A DNA stretch of 63,963 nucleotides, filler included, from Barthelona sp. PAP020 (lineage: Eukaryota), in NCBI GenBank assembly GCA_040182905.1. It is 3 parts of 3 records of this genome, joined end to end, with 100 filler letters (N's around TTAATTAATTAA, not from the genome) between each part and the next. Parts side by side here need not be neighbours in the genome. Positions count along the whole stretch, not along the records: positions 1 to 25,502 come from JARQWU010000145.1; positions 25,603 to 51,235 come from JARQWU010000146.1; 1 more part is not named here. The stretch is one strand, 5' to 3'. Position numbers and translations under genes: made by a program. Shown in pieces: positions 21,884 to 32,582 of the stretch (position 1 is the stretch's first letter; each line of letters opens with the position of its first letter). The notes under the pieces are model-generated. The model was not told the DNA's origin. It worked only from the letters and a program-made list of their open reading frames with translations, and ran no database searches.

Positions 21884-24800
21884 ATGAAATGTTGCGGGTC
21901 TAAAGAAGTTGAATTAAATCGTTGTATTCATTCCAACAATGTTGCGACTGCCAATTCTTTTCCAAAGAATATTGTTAAAAATACAAAATATACTTGGTAT
22001 TCTTTTATGCCGAAGTTTTTGTTTGAACAATTTTCTCGATTTATGAATATTTATTTTTTAACGGTTGCTTGTTTGCAGTTGTTACCTCAATTAACTCCAG
22101 TTGATCCTATTACTACATGGGCACCATTAATAATGACCTTAGGTTTTGCAGCGTTAAAAGATGGTTATGATGATTATAAGCGTTCTAAATCGGATAAGGA
22201 AGCAAACACAAAGGCGGTATTGAAAAGTAATGGTAATGAGTTTGAAAAGGCCATTGCTAGTGATTTAACTGTTGGTTGTATTGTTAAACTACACAGAAAT
22301 GAGGAAATACCAGCAGATTGTGTGATTTTAAAAACAAGTGATCCCAACGGACATTGTAACGTAATGACGGCTAACTTGGATGGAGAAACTGATTTAAAAC
22401 CCAGAAAAGCCGCTGAATTAACAAAAGAATTGAACAATTCGTTGGTTGCGAGAGTTGACATTGAAATCAACTGTGAAGCTCCTAACGCAAACATCCATCA
22501 TTTTGAGGGTAATTTAGTTCATAATGGAAAGAAATGCTCTTTGAATGCTGATAATGTGCTGTTACAAGGTGTTCGTTTGAAGTCTGTTGACTATGTTTTT
22601 GCTGTTGTTATTTTCACAGGAAATGATACCAAATTTGCAAAGAACAAAGAAACACCCGGTACTAAATGGACAGCTGCAGATAGGAAAATTAATACACTTA
22701 CTTCTTATTTATGGAGTAGTCAGGTCACTACAGTCATTGTTTTGGGAACAATAGGGAATTTTTTGAGTGATAATAAAAGTATGTGGTATTTACGTAACGA
22801 TATTGTAACTCAAGTTTGGATATTACCCAATTGGTTGGTTGTTCCCATTAGATTTTTCCTTTTATGCACTCTAATGATTCCTATCAGTATGAAAGTCACC
22901 TTGGATTTTTGTAAAGCTTTGATGGGATGGCAAATTAATAAGGACAAGGAATTGTATGAAAAGAGTCGTGATATTGCTGCAAATGCAAGATCTTCTCAAT
23001 TAGCAGATGATTTAGGTTGTGCTAAATATATTTTTAGTGATAAAACAGGTACGCTTACTGAAAATATCATGAATTTTAAACATGGATTCTGTGGAACTCG
23101 TACCTTTACCAATCAAACCAAGTTTTCCAATGTGATGGGGCTTGCAAATGTCAACGATATTGCCGATTCCAATCACTTAATATCTGCCTATTTGCATTGT
23201 TTAGTATTGAATAATACATGTATTGTTGCAAGAAATAGTTATGAATCTAACTCACCTGATGAAGTTGCTTTGACAGAATATGCAAGGCATGCTGGAGTTA
23301 AACTTGTTGATAGAAATGAAAAAGTTGTCAAAATCGTTATTGAAGGCAATCGTTCTTATGAGTTTGAAGAATTGGCGCTTTTGAAATTTAGTTCTGATCG
23401 TAAAAGAATGTCTGTTTTGGTTAAAGATGCGGAAGATAACTATTTTGTTTTGATTAAAGGTGCAGATGAAACAGTTTTACCATTAATCAGGAGCGATCAA
23501 GCTTTGGCTGTTGAAGAAACAAATAAAAAATTGGAATTCTTTGCTAAACAGGGTTTACGTACGTTAGTTATTGGTTTTAAACGTATTACCAAGGCAGAGG
23601 CAGACAGCTTTTTGGGAAATCTTTATGATGCTGAAAATATTGTTGGCAATCGTGAACAACACGTTCATTCCGTATATAGCACTTTGGAGAAGGACTTTGT
23701 TTTGCTTGGTTTAACTGCCATTGAGGATAGGCTTCAACAAGATGTTCCTCAAGTTGTTGATTACTTCAGAAAGGCAGGTATCCGTTTTTGGATGCTTACT
23801 GGGGATAAACAATCAACTGCAATTCAAATAGGTATTTCTTGTAGTTTGTACAATCCAAATTCTGATATTCTCATCGATATTGGAGCAAAAGCACCCCCTG
23901 GTAACCAACCACATTTTTCCAGAAATATCAAGAGCATTTTGGATGAAATCAGTAAGATTCAAGAAAAGAGAAAGCCATATGTCGTTGTTATTGACAGCAG
24001 AACTTTTGCTTTGGCTCATAATATTGTACCTGGCGACTTATATAAAATATTTGATGGTGCAGCAGCTGTTATTGGATGTAGATTGGCTCCAAAACAAAAA
24101 GCTCAAGCTGTTTCATTGGTTAAAGATGCTAGTGATGAAGTTTGTTTAGCGATTGGTGATGGTGGTAACGACGTTAACATGATTCAAACTGCTCATGTTG
24201 GTGTTGGTATTGTTGGTAGAGAGGGATTACAGGCTTCAAGAGCTGCTGATTATTCTATTGGTGCTTTTAGACATTTAAAGAGATTGGTAGCTGTTCATGG
24301 AAGACAGTCATATCGTAGAACTGCTATTATATCCCAGTATTGTTTTTTTAAGTCTTTGGCTATTGCTTTCCCTCAATTAATGTACGCTTTTTATACACAG
24401 TTTAGTGGTACTGCCTTTTTCAACACTTTTGCTTTAACGGCTTTTAATATGTTCTTTACAGCAGCTCAACCTCTTGCATATACATTTGATGTAGATATTG
24501 ATGACGATTTAGTTATGAATGAGCCAAAGTTATTAAGTGATTCAACTAACAGAGAGTTGTTGACTGGTAAGACTTTCTTTTTTTGGGTGATAAATGCCAT
24601 GTTACAGGGGTTGTTACCTTTTTTCATTGGTATATATCTTTTTGATGAATCACCAATTGGTATGAAGACCTTAGGATACGCAGACTTACCCATGATTGTA
24701 TATTCCTCCATTGTTTTGACCCAAACTCTATGCATGTGGTTATTGTGTCATAACTTTACTACCGTAATGAATATTGCTTTGTGGGGCTCATTTGCTTTCT

Positions 24801-25060
24801 ATTTTGCTTGTCTTTTATTGGGTCAAAATAGATTGAGCTCTTTAGCTAATACTGGATTTCTTTGTTTGGGCAATGTACAGGTTTGGCTTTTTTATGCCAT
24901 TTGTATGTTTATTTCTACTTTACCTTTATACATTAAACGAATATTCAGAAAACATTTGAATCCTAGTGTTCATGATATCAATTTAGATATAACAGCCACA
25001 AAATCGTATTCTCGTCTTGACAATGAAATTATTATGATGGCTAATCCCATAAAACCATAA
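21884..25060 (+). CDS. P4-type phospholipid-flipping ATPase (ALA2/Drs2-like)
   Basis: NLDGET, PISMKV, SDKTGTLT, SPDEVAL, FSSDRKRMSV, WMLTGDK and IGDGGNDV motifs; first ATG at 21884. Confidence 0.95.
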   Translation: MKCCGSKEVELNRCIHSNNVATANSFPKNIVKNTKYTWYSFMPKFLFEQFSRFMNIYFLTVACLQLLPQLTPVDPITTWAPLIMTLGFAALKDGYDDYKRSKSDKEANTKAVLKSNGNEFEKAIASDLTVGCIVKLHRNEEIPADCVILKTSDPNGHCNVMTANLDGETDLKPRKAAELTKELNNSLVARVDIEINCEAPNANIHHFEGNLVHNGKKCSLNADNVLLQGVRLKSVDYVFAVVIFTGNDTKFAKNKETPGTKWTAADRKINTLTSYLWSSQVTTVIVLGTIGNFLSDNKSMWYLRNDIVTQVWILPNWLVVPIRFFLLCTLMIPISMKVTLDFCKALMGWQINKDKELYEKSRDIAANARSSQLADDLGCAKYIFSDKTGTLTENIMNFKHGFCGTRTFTNQTKFSNVMGLANVNDIADSNHLISAYLHCLVLNNTCIVARNSYESNSPDEVALTEYARHAGVKLVDRNEKVVKIVIEGNRSYEFEELALLKFSSDRKRMSVLVKDAEDNYFVLIKGADETVLPLIRSDQALAVEETNKKLEFFAKQGLRTLVIGFKRITKAEADSFLGNLYDAENIVGNREQHVHSVYSTLEKDFVLLGLTAIEDRLQQDVPQVVDYFRKAGIRFWMLTGDKQSTAIQIGISCSLYNPNSDILIDIGAKAPPGNQPHFSRNIKSILDEISKIQEKRKPYVVVIDSRTFALAHNIVPGDLYKIFDGAAAVIGCRLAPKQKAQAVSLVKDASDEVCLAIGDGGNDVNMIQTAHVGVGIVGREGLQASRAADYSIGAFRHLKRLVAVHGRQSYRRTAIISQYCFFKSLAIAFPQLMYAFYTQFSGTAFFNTFALTAFNMFFTAAQPLAYTFDVDIDDDLVMNEPKLLSDSTNRELLTGKTFFFWVINAMLQGLLPFFIGIYLFDESPIGMKTLGYADLPMIVYSSIVLTQTLCMWLLCHNFTTVMNIALWGSFAFYFACLLLGQNRLSSLANTGFLCLGNVQVWLFYAICMFISTLPLYIKRIFRKHLNPSVHDINLDITATKSYSRLDNEIIMMANPIKP

Positions 25061-25311
25061 AATATAAGTGTATCTTTGTTGTTTTGTTTTGTTTTATTAA
25101 TTTGTGTTTGTTTTTATTTTTCTTAAATTTTTGGATGAAAGAAGAAAAAGTCATCAAAATGCTTTGTTTTTTATTTGTCAAATTTTTTGTTATTTTAATA
25201 TAAATATGTATAATCAACAATTAAACTTTGCAATCAATTGAGATTTTTGATGATATTAAAGAATTTTTGGCATTTTGTTAATTGAATAATTTTTTATTTT
25301 AAAAAGATATC

Positions 25312-25502
25312 ATGGAAGAACGATTACCTATTATTTTTGATAATGGTACAGGGTATTTCTATTTTTTTGATGATAACTGAAAAATCTAACAAAATTAGGT
25401 ACACAAAAATTGGTTATGGTATGAGTGATAAACCTGAATTTGTTTTTCCTACTACTGTTGGATATGGTAAAGATGCTGGTGTTTTGGGTGATATGGATTA
25501 TT
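25312..25502 (+). CDS. ARP3: Actin-related protein 3, 5' fragment cut by the contig end; exons 25312-25352 and 25399-25502
   Basis: Spliced product MEERLPIIFDNGTG|YTKIGYGMSDKPEFVFPT...GDMDY; DNGTGYTKxG and the DxD(F/Y) motif fit Arp3. Confidence 0.8.
25353..25398 (+). other. Spliceosomal intron, 46 nt
   Basis: GTATTT...ATCTAAC AAAATTAG; removal restores DNGTGYTK. Confidence 0.9.
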
Positions 25503-25602
25503 NNNNNNNNNNNNNNNNNNNNNNNNNNNNNNNNNNNNNNNNNNNNTTAATTAATTAANNNNNNNNNNNNNNNNNNNNNNNNNNNNNNNNNNNNNNNNNN
25601 NN
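25503..25602. other. Artificial contig-joining linker
   Basis: N44-TTAATTAATTAA-N44, exactly 100 bp with stops in all six frames; identical to 51236-51335. Confidence 0.97.
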
Positions 25603-25832
25603 AAGTTTAAACTTTAAAATTTTGCTTTTGCAAAAATACAAAAAAATAGGAATGAAGAATTTCTCCAAAATTCTCCTACTTGATCGTTCCAATTGCCTTT
25701 CAGTCCCTCAATTCCCCTCCCGGGATTTTGACTGAAATTGGCTAGAATGAGTTTTCTGAGTTTACTTTCTTTGTAAATAAATATAGTTGTTTCACAACTG
25801 GACTAATAAGAAACTCTTTTGATTCAGTTGTT

Positions 25833-26022
25833 AATGTGGAAGTTCATGCTCAATAAACGGAATTTATTGGAGATATAAAGAGGTCATCAAATATCACTTC
25901 CTTTATTTGTTGTTTCTTGACTACCTTTAGATCCAATTTTTTAAGTTACTTGGGTATCTGAATCCATGTGAGTTTTTCCCAAACCTTAAGCTAACTCATA
26001 CCTCATAAATATCTAATAAAAG
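25833..26022 (-). repeat. Dispersed repeat, copy 2 (inverted, ~24-bp internal deletion)
   Basis: The reverse complement closely matches 43562-43776 but lacks the tgttcagtgaacaacgaaatgaat segment. Confidence 0.92.
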
Positions 26023-26363
26023 GGAGACTTAGAACTCTCATTCCAGAAAATTTAAATTATTTGCATTTGGTAAATGCATCGGTCATACTTTTTACACATA
26101 TTTTACCAACCTAAATGTATTTTATTGGGTAAAGATATGAATAACTACAAATTTTAATGGCTTTGAAAAATTTTTGTTTGTTCCGAAATGAAATATTTTC
26201 TCAGATTTTTTCTCTTTGGAGAATTGAAAAGTTATTTGTTTAAATGCCATTCACAGTGCATAGATTACTTCGCTGTATATTTATAAAATCCTTAGTTCGA
26301 TTGACATTTAATTGAAATAAAAAAACACTTCAAAATAATAGTTTTTTTATTGTCTTTAAAACA

Positions 26364-28895
26364 ATGCAAAACAATATTGATGAATTAATAGACATACAAA
26401 AACAAGTGCAAAAGGACATTAATGAATTAGAATTGAAAAATAATGAGGATTATTATTTATTGTCTATAGATTGGTATGATAAGTTTAAAAATTATATTGA
26501 TGGAAAATCTGATTACTGTCCTGGAAAAATTGATAATTCTTCTCTTATTGAATCCAACACAGGAAAAATTATTGGTCAAGAAACTATCAACTATTATTTT
26601 TTGTCGAAAAATAGCTGGAATATATTATTTAATCACTTTGATTGTGAAGTGGATCAAATAATTTGTAGAAAATGTGTGAGTTTTCGCAGACATCCTGTGG
26701 TAGAAATTAATCCATTGAAAATGAAATTAAAGTATGAACCGGTTAAAAATTTTGATGAAGAAGGTATTAGATCTTCTACAAATGCTCATACTCATTCCGA
26801 TTTGAAATCTGAAGAAGAATGGAAAGAATTTGTTTCCAGTAAATACGCTGAGGTTGATTCATTTATTACAAAAGTTATGGACGTGTTTAATATAGATAAT
26901 GAAAAAAGAGATACATTAAAAGTAAGAATTAAGTTTCCGTCTGGTTTGACAAAGATTTTAAATGGGGATTTGAAGGCCAAACAATTGTTGAATCTTGGAT
27001 CATTTGGAAATCCATTGGAAAGTGAAGTTATTATTTCGAAGGATTTTGCTGAAGAGAAGACTTCTTCTGTTGTTGGTTTGAACGCAGGGACATTGGGAAG
27101 TTATGATGTTGATACAAACTCTAATAAATCCAACAAATCACTTGAATCTTCCTCTAGCTCATCGTATACGTATTATAGAAGTAATACCAGTTCTAATTAT
27201 GGATGCTCTTCAAATTATGGAAGTAATTATGGAAATTCTCGAAACAATTATTTGTACCATAGTGGAACTAGAAAATCAAGTGAAAAAGGTGTTTCTGGAT
27301 TGAGAAATTTGGGAAATACTTGTTATATGAATGCTGCTTTACAATGCTTATCAAATACACAATTACTTCGTAATTATTTCTTGAAAAATGAATACGAACA
27401 AGATCTAACTCCCCAAAACATCTTAGGTTCTAAAAATTGCTGTGTAGCGAAAGCCATGGCCACTTTTTACAAAGAAATTTGGGAAAATGAAGAAGCAGTT
27501 GTGGTTCCTAGTTATGTAAAACAATCAGTTTCCAGAAACGATCATTTTATTGGGTTTAGACAAGAAGATAGTCATGAATTATTAGCATATATTCTGGATA
27601 TGCTAAATGAGGATTTGACTCGTGTATATCCAAAACCAGCAACGACAGAAACCAAACAAGATGGTTTAACTGATTTGGAAATTTCTGATTTAGAGTTGAA
27701 AAGATCTAGAATGAGAGATGATTCCATAGTTCAAGATATTTTTGAATTTCAACAATTACAAATATTTGAGTGTCCCCAATGCAAAAATATTTCCAAAACT
27801 TTTCCTATGTTTAGATTTTTAACTACACCTATTCCTCCAGAAAGTATTCAACGTGAAATTTATTTTGTTCCTTTGGATAGTTCAAAGCCAGTTATCAAAC
27901 ATAAATTTGTTTTACATGAAGATATGCTTTGTGGTGAAGTCTATTCTTATGTCCAGAAAAGAATTGGTTTTAAGAATGGTGTACTTGTCAAGAAAAGTAG
28001 ACATTCAAGCGTTCCTTTTGTTACTGAATCCGATGATAAATTTAGCAGGTGGGAAGATTTGTTGATTTATGAACTTTCAGCAAATATTGACAACTCAAAG
28101 ATATATTTTGTTGTGAATAGCATTAAAGAAACAAAAAAAAGTTCTTATTACATGTCTAGTAGTTTATATACAACTACTAAAGTTGTCGGTAGACCTTTCA
28201 TAATAATGAAAAAGAAAGGTCAAGATGATTTGGACGCTATAAATGAAGCGGGAATTTTCAAAAAGCCTATCGATATGGATGTTGTCTCTTTTGATCATAG
28301 ATACTCAAGAAATGGTGGTAATATCATTCGAATTATTTGGAAATCAGATAATAAGGAAGAAATTGCAGAATATTTTGATCTAAATGAACAAGATGTTGAC
28401 TTGTATGAAGCAGTCGATGGATTTAAAGAAAAATCAGGAGGTGTAGTCACTTTAGATGAATGTTTACTTTTGAATAATGAAAGATCACAATTGGATGAGG
28501 AAAATGCATGGTTTTGTCCCAAATGTAGAGAACATGTTCAAGCTTTTGTATCTACTGAATTTTTCACTTTGCCAAAGGTTCTGATTATTCATTTGAAAAG
28601 GTTTACAAAACACTTTTCCAAGAATTCTACTTTCATTGACTTCCCAATTGAGGAGCTTGATATGGAACCTTATGTGTCTGAACGAGCTCAGAATTTAAAT
28701 ATGAATTATAAATACGAATTATATGGAGTAATTCAACATCATGGTTCTACTGCAGGTGGACATTACGTCGCAGCTGCAAAAAATTCTATCAATAATAAAT
28801 GGTATGATTTTAACGATAGTTCTACATCATTTGCTTCAAAAAATGATATTGTGTCTGATTCTGCATACGTTTTGTTTTATGAATTGAAAAAATAA
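26364..28895 (+). CDS. Ubiquitin-specific protease, USP4/11/15 type (DUSP plus split catalytic domain)
   Basis: DUSP (YYLLSIDWY...PGKIDNS), Cys box GLRNLGNTCYMNAALQCL, QEDSHELL, His box YELYGVIQHHGSTAGGHY, WYDFNDS. Confidence 0.93.
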   Translation: MQNNIDELIDIQKQVQKDINELELKNNEDYYLLSIDWYDKFKNYIDGKSDYCPGKIDNSSLIESNTGKIIGQETINYYFLSKNSWNILFNHFDCEVDQIICRKCVSFRRHPVVEINPLKMKLKYEPVKNFDEEGIRSSTNAHTHSDLKSEEEWKEFVSSKYAEVDSFITKVMDVFNIDNEKRDTLKVRIKFPSGLTKILNGDLKAKQLLNLGSFGNPLESEVIISKDFAEEKTSSVVGLNAGTLGSYDVDTNSNKSNKSLESSSSSSYTYYRSNTSSNYGCSSNYGSNYGNSRNNYLYHSGTRKSSEKGVSGLRNLGNTCYMNAALQCLSNTQLLRNYFLKNEYEQDLTPQNILGSKNCCVAKAMATFYKEIWENEEAVVVPSYVKQSVSRNDHFIGFRQEDSHELLAYILDMLNEDLTRVYPKPATTETKQDGLTDLEISDLELKRSRMRDDSIVQDIFEFQQLQIFECPQCKNISKTFPMFRFLTTPIPPESIQREIYFVPLDSSKPVIKHKFVLHEDMLCGEVYSYVQKRIGFKNGVLVKKSRHSSVPFVTESDDKFSRWEDLLIYELSANIDNSKIYFVVNSIKETKKSSYYMSSSLYTTTKVVGRPFIIMKKKGQDDLDAINEAGIFKKPIDMDVVSFDHRYSRNGGNIIRIIWKSDNKEEIAEYFDLNEQDVDLYEAVDGFKEKSGGVVTLDECLLLNNERSQLDEENAWFCPKCREHVQAFVSTEFFTLPKVLIIHLKRFTKHFSKNSTFIDFPIEELDMEPYVSERAQNLNMNYKYELYGVIQHHGSTAGGHYVAAAKNSINNKWYDFNDSSTSFASKNDIVSDSAYVLFYELKK

Positions 28896-29214
28896 ATGAG
28901 TTTTGTGATATTTTTTTTTTTGCCTGCTTTCACATTTTTTATTGTCAAACAGTTAAAACATTTAAGTTCAAAGATTTCCATTGAATAAATTAATTCTGTA
29001 TTTCATTGGAAAATTTTTCATACAAAGTAGAATAAGAATTGGTTTAAAAATTCACTTAATTTTCTTATAGCTTAAAACTAGTAAATTTTGACCTTTCTGT
29101 TTGATTTCTTTTCATCAATTACAAAGTATGCCTCGAAGGATACAAATAGTTTTAAGATGGGAATGAAAATAAAAAAATTTCCTTCAAATCAAATTCATTT
29201 GTTTTCTTGTTTCA

Positions 29215-30045
29215 ATGCCACTTATTATTATTTCAGGGTATCCAACAAGTGGTAAAACAACTATTGGTGAAGCTATTTACGATTTTTTTTCATCAAAAGG
29301 AATGAACTGTTTATTAATTAATGAAGAAATGTTAAATGTCAACAAGCAAGCAGTTTATTATGATATGGTATCTGAAAAGAAGTTGCGAAATGCTTTAAGA
29401 AGTCGATTAGAAACAGAAATCAGCAATGAAAATCAAGTATGTATTTTAGATAGTCTTAATTTTACAAAGGGTTTTAGATATGAATTATTTTGTATTGCAA
29501 GAGCTCAAGCTACAACTAGTTGTGAAGTGTTTGTTGATTTACCCTTTGAAATATGTTTGGAAAGAAACAATAATTGTCAACATTATTTAGAAAAGGAATT
29601 TAAAAGCCTTCATGGAAGGATGGAAGTTCCTCATGAATATCATAAATGGGAAACTCCATTACATGTTGTTTCTTCGGTTGAAGATTTGAATTTTGATTTA
29701 TTGTATGAAAATGTTGTAAATGGTATTCAATTAAAGCCTGTTTTAGCTACTCAAGTTGAAATCCTAAGAGGAAACGATTATGTAAATGAATGCTCAAAAA
29801 TTACTCTCATAATTACCAGACTTATTTTGTTGAATCTTGATAAAGTGTCATTGGAAGAAGAAATGAGTGTTTCTCCTTATGCTGAAGTTAGAGTAGATTT
29901 TTGTCGTATTCCACATAATTTTGAAGTTCAAGGGATTAGAACTGATTTTTTGAAGACATTAGCATCAAATCCATCTTTAGAAATTGATGATATTGGCAAT
30001 GAATTTGTTCATCATGTGAACAGAGCTTTAAAAATAAACTGGTAA
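29215..30045 (+). CDS. KTI12: KTI12 Elongator-associated P-loop protein
   Basis: MPLIIISGYPTSGKTT, EKKLR, ILDSLNFTKGFRYELFCIAR and RMEVP...WETPL motifs. Confidence 0.92.
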   Translation: MPLIIISGYPTSGKTTIGEAIYDFFSSKGMNCLLINEEMLNVNKQAVYYDMVSEKKLRNALRSRLETEISNENQVCILDSLNFTKGFRYELFCIARAQATTSCEVFVDLPFEICLERNNNCQHYLEKEFKSLHGRMEVPHEYHKWETPLHVVSSVEDLNFDLLYENVVNGIQLKPVLATQVEILRGNDYVNECSKITLIITRLILLNLDKVSLEEEMSVSPYAEVRVDFCRIPHNFEVQGIRTDFLKTLASNPSLEIDDIGNEFVHHVNRALKINW

Positions 30046-30255
30046 CATTTCATGTAGTTTTTTTTTTTGTTATTTATTTCTATTCAATGAAAAAAGTAGA
30101 AAAATCTTCAAAAAGGTGTTGGACCAAAAATTTGTTATTTCTTGTTAGGTCTCTATTTATTTACTTACTATTGAATGCTCATAAAAAACAAAACATTGTT
30201 TGACATTGAAAAGGAGTTCATTTTTTTTTGTGTTTTCATTTTATTTTATTTTTTC

Positions 30256-30515
30256 ATGATTGTCGAAGACGTTTCAAATCAAGTGTACTTTATTTATGAT
30301 TATTATTGATGTTCTAACTGAATAGTTCAACACAAACCATTTCAAATTTAAATTTATCAACACATGATTTAGATGCTTATATTCAAGATCACTTAACAAT
30401 TTTGACACCTGCATTAACTTTATTAGTCAAAGAAAAACCAGAAAATCCAATTAAATGGTTGGGAAATTATCTTCTTGAACATAATCCAAATGCACCTGTT
30501 TGTGAAAAGAAATAA
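30256..30515 (+). CDS. Dpy-30 domain protein, 72 aa (absent from ORF track); exons 30256-30284 and 30326-30515
   Basis: Spliced product ends YIQDHLTILTPALTLLVKEKPENPIKWLGNYLLEHNP, matching the Dpy-30 motif. Confidence 0.85.
30285..30325 (+). other. Spliceosomal intron, 41 nt
   Basis: GTACTT...TTCTAAC TGAATAG; of the two adjacent GT donors, only this one gives an open frame. Confidence 0.85.
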
Positions 30516-30624
30516 TTGCGTTTATTGATTAGACTCTCTCATTTGAAAGGGAAAATCATAAAATAATTGTAAATTTATCAAAAAGATTTCTGTAATTTTT
30601 TTTTCAAACAAAAAACAATTAAAG

Positions 30625-32385
30625 ATGAATGATGATGGATTTCGACCTGCAAATAGAAAATCAATGCAAAAACCAAAAAAGAAAAGTGAAATGAGATCAA
30701 TTTCAAAATTTGGACAAATGAATCAATTTGAAGCTTTTTTTGAGATAGATAGTGAAAGAGAAGAAACTAAGAAAAAAAATGCAAAGAAAATTCGTGGTGA
30801 AGTTTCAAAAAACAATCCAATTATTTCCCAGAGTCAAAAACGTAAAATTAGAGAAAATATTCGTACTATTGATTTTGGAGATGCTAGTAGTTCAACTGCA
30901 ACAAAAAAAGGAAGAGTAGGTGGATCTAAAAAGAAAGAAGCGTTGGATTGGTTAAGTTATTTAACTGTTGACAAATTTCAAAATTTGATAAAGAAAGCAG
31001 AAGAAAGTTTAAATCCTGATGTAGTTGAAGAAGACTCTAAGAAGTGTATTTTTCATCATGTCTGCCAATATATATTCGGTATATTTGATCAAACACTCGA
31101 TAAATTATTGAAAGACCTTAAGGTTAAGACTGAATATGATAAGATTGTTCCAAAGACATCCAAACACACTTTTGAAGCTGATTTACCCATGAACGTGGTT
31201 GCAATGGAGCTTTTTGAAACTATGATGCACTATTTTTCAGATTTTGACAGTTCTATTCTTATTGAAGAGTTACAAACGATTTTATATAATGATAAGGACA
31301 ATGTTGGTGTTAGATTGATTATTCAATGCATAATTCATTCTTTGTTAAGCAAAGGACTCTTGACTGATTTGTACATAAAGTTGTTAAAAGACATGATTGA
31401 ACATTCGAATACGATAAGCGATCGTTTAAAAACATATAAAGAATCAAAGGAACAGGTTAGTGTTGTAACAAATTATCTCAATTACAATTTGTTTATCTTT
31501 AGTTTGCAACAATTGATATTTTTACCATGTAAAGAAACTGAAACCATACTGTTTAAAGATTGTTTGGGATTCATACCATTCATTAATGATAAACGTATTG
31601 TTGACCATATATTCAATATTATTGACCATTTCAAAATAGCTCCAACCTTAGATTCCTATGAAATACTGAGCTACTTATTGGAAAAACATGTTCAAAATCT
31701 TCCAATGAATGAATTATGGCTAAACGATAATACTACAGATACTGTAATGAATCGTACTATCATTAAAGTGTTAAATTCTTTCAATGAAGATTCTTTACAG
31801 TTGATCTTACCTGTGTTATTGAACAATATGATAATTAATAATGATAACAACATATCAAAACTTTGTTTCACATATATAACCTACTATTTTAGAATGTTTC
31901 CAAAGTTATTTGTGGGTATTTGTCATTTTATTGACCATAAACTCTATCCTAATGCAATAACCAATCTCCATTCGTTCATTGGTCTCACAATGAAGTTGGA
32001 CATGAATGAATTAGACAATGATATTGAGTTAAAATTACCCTTCATTGATGATTCTGATGAAATGATCGATTTAGATAATTGTGTGTATCTTTATCAAGTT
32101 CCTAAAAAAGCAACCAAATTTTATTATGCTGACTTTCCAGAAATAAGCCAAAAAGATTCTCAAAATTATTTGTTAAAACTTTTGAAATTTACCAAAAAAT
32201 TCTTTTCCACCAGATATCAAAAAAATAATATCTCACAAGAAGAATTTGATTTGATTAACAAACAGATTGATTCATCTGTTGCTAAATTAACTCCCAAATC
32301 AAGGAGAAAAGGTTTAAGATGGTTAATGTTCGGTGTTTCTGTTTGTGGTGCTGTAACAGCTTATTTATTGAACATTAAAAAATAA
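30625..32385 (+). CDS. Hypothetical tail-anchored helical protein
   Basis: 586-aa ORF with a basic N-terminus, helical body and a single C-terminal TM (LRWLMFGVSVCGAVTAYLL) flanked by basic residues. Confidence 0.6.
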   Translation: MNDDGFRPANRKSMQKPKKKSEMRSISKFGQMNQFEAFFEIDSEREETKKKNAKKIRGEVSKNNPIISQSQKRKIRENIRTIDFGDASSSTATKKGRVGGSKKKEALDWLSYLTVDKFQNLIKKAEESLNPDVVEEDSKKCIFHHVCQYIFGIFDQTLDKLLKDLKVKTEYDKIVPKTSKHTFEADLPMNVVAMELFETMMHYFSDFDSSILIEELQTILYNDKDNVGVRLIIQCIIHSLLSKGLLTDLYIKLLKDMIEHSNTISDRLKTYKESKEQVSVVTNYLNYNLFIFSLQQLIFLPCKETETILFKDCLGFIPFINDKRIVDHIFNIIDHFKIAPTLDSYEILSYLLEKHVQNLPMNELWLNDNTTDTVMNRTIIKVLNSFNEDSLQLILPVLLNNMIINNDNNISKLCFTYITYYFRMFPKLFVGICHFIDHKLYPNAITNLHSFIGLTMKLDMNELDNDIELKLPFIDDSDEMIDLDNCVYLYQVPKKATKFYYADFPEISQKDSQNYLLKLLKFTKKFFSTRYQKNNISQEEFDLINKQIDSSVAKLTPKSRRKGLRWLMFGVSVCGAVTAYLLNIKK

Positions 32386-32582
32386 TTTACAATACAGTAT
32401 AAATATATGTGTGTGTGTGTGTAACATGTAAATGATTTCAAGTTTTTTTTTTGGGGGGGTCTTTATTTTCTTACAATTCATTATTACACATCGATTTGTG
32501 CATTTATTTTATTTTCTCAACATGTAAAAGTCTATCATTTGCATCAAGAAACAATAAATAATTCTCCACATTTTGTTTTTTT

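Noticed and set aside
25503..25602. TTAATTAATTAA palindrome within N runs (also at 51280-51291) as a biological site
   Set aside because: Identical 100-bp all-frame-stop linker; an artefact of contig concatenation.
32408..32422. (TG)n microsatellite
   Set aside because: Short simple repeat in a 3' region with no sign of function.
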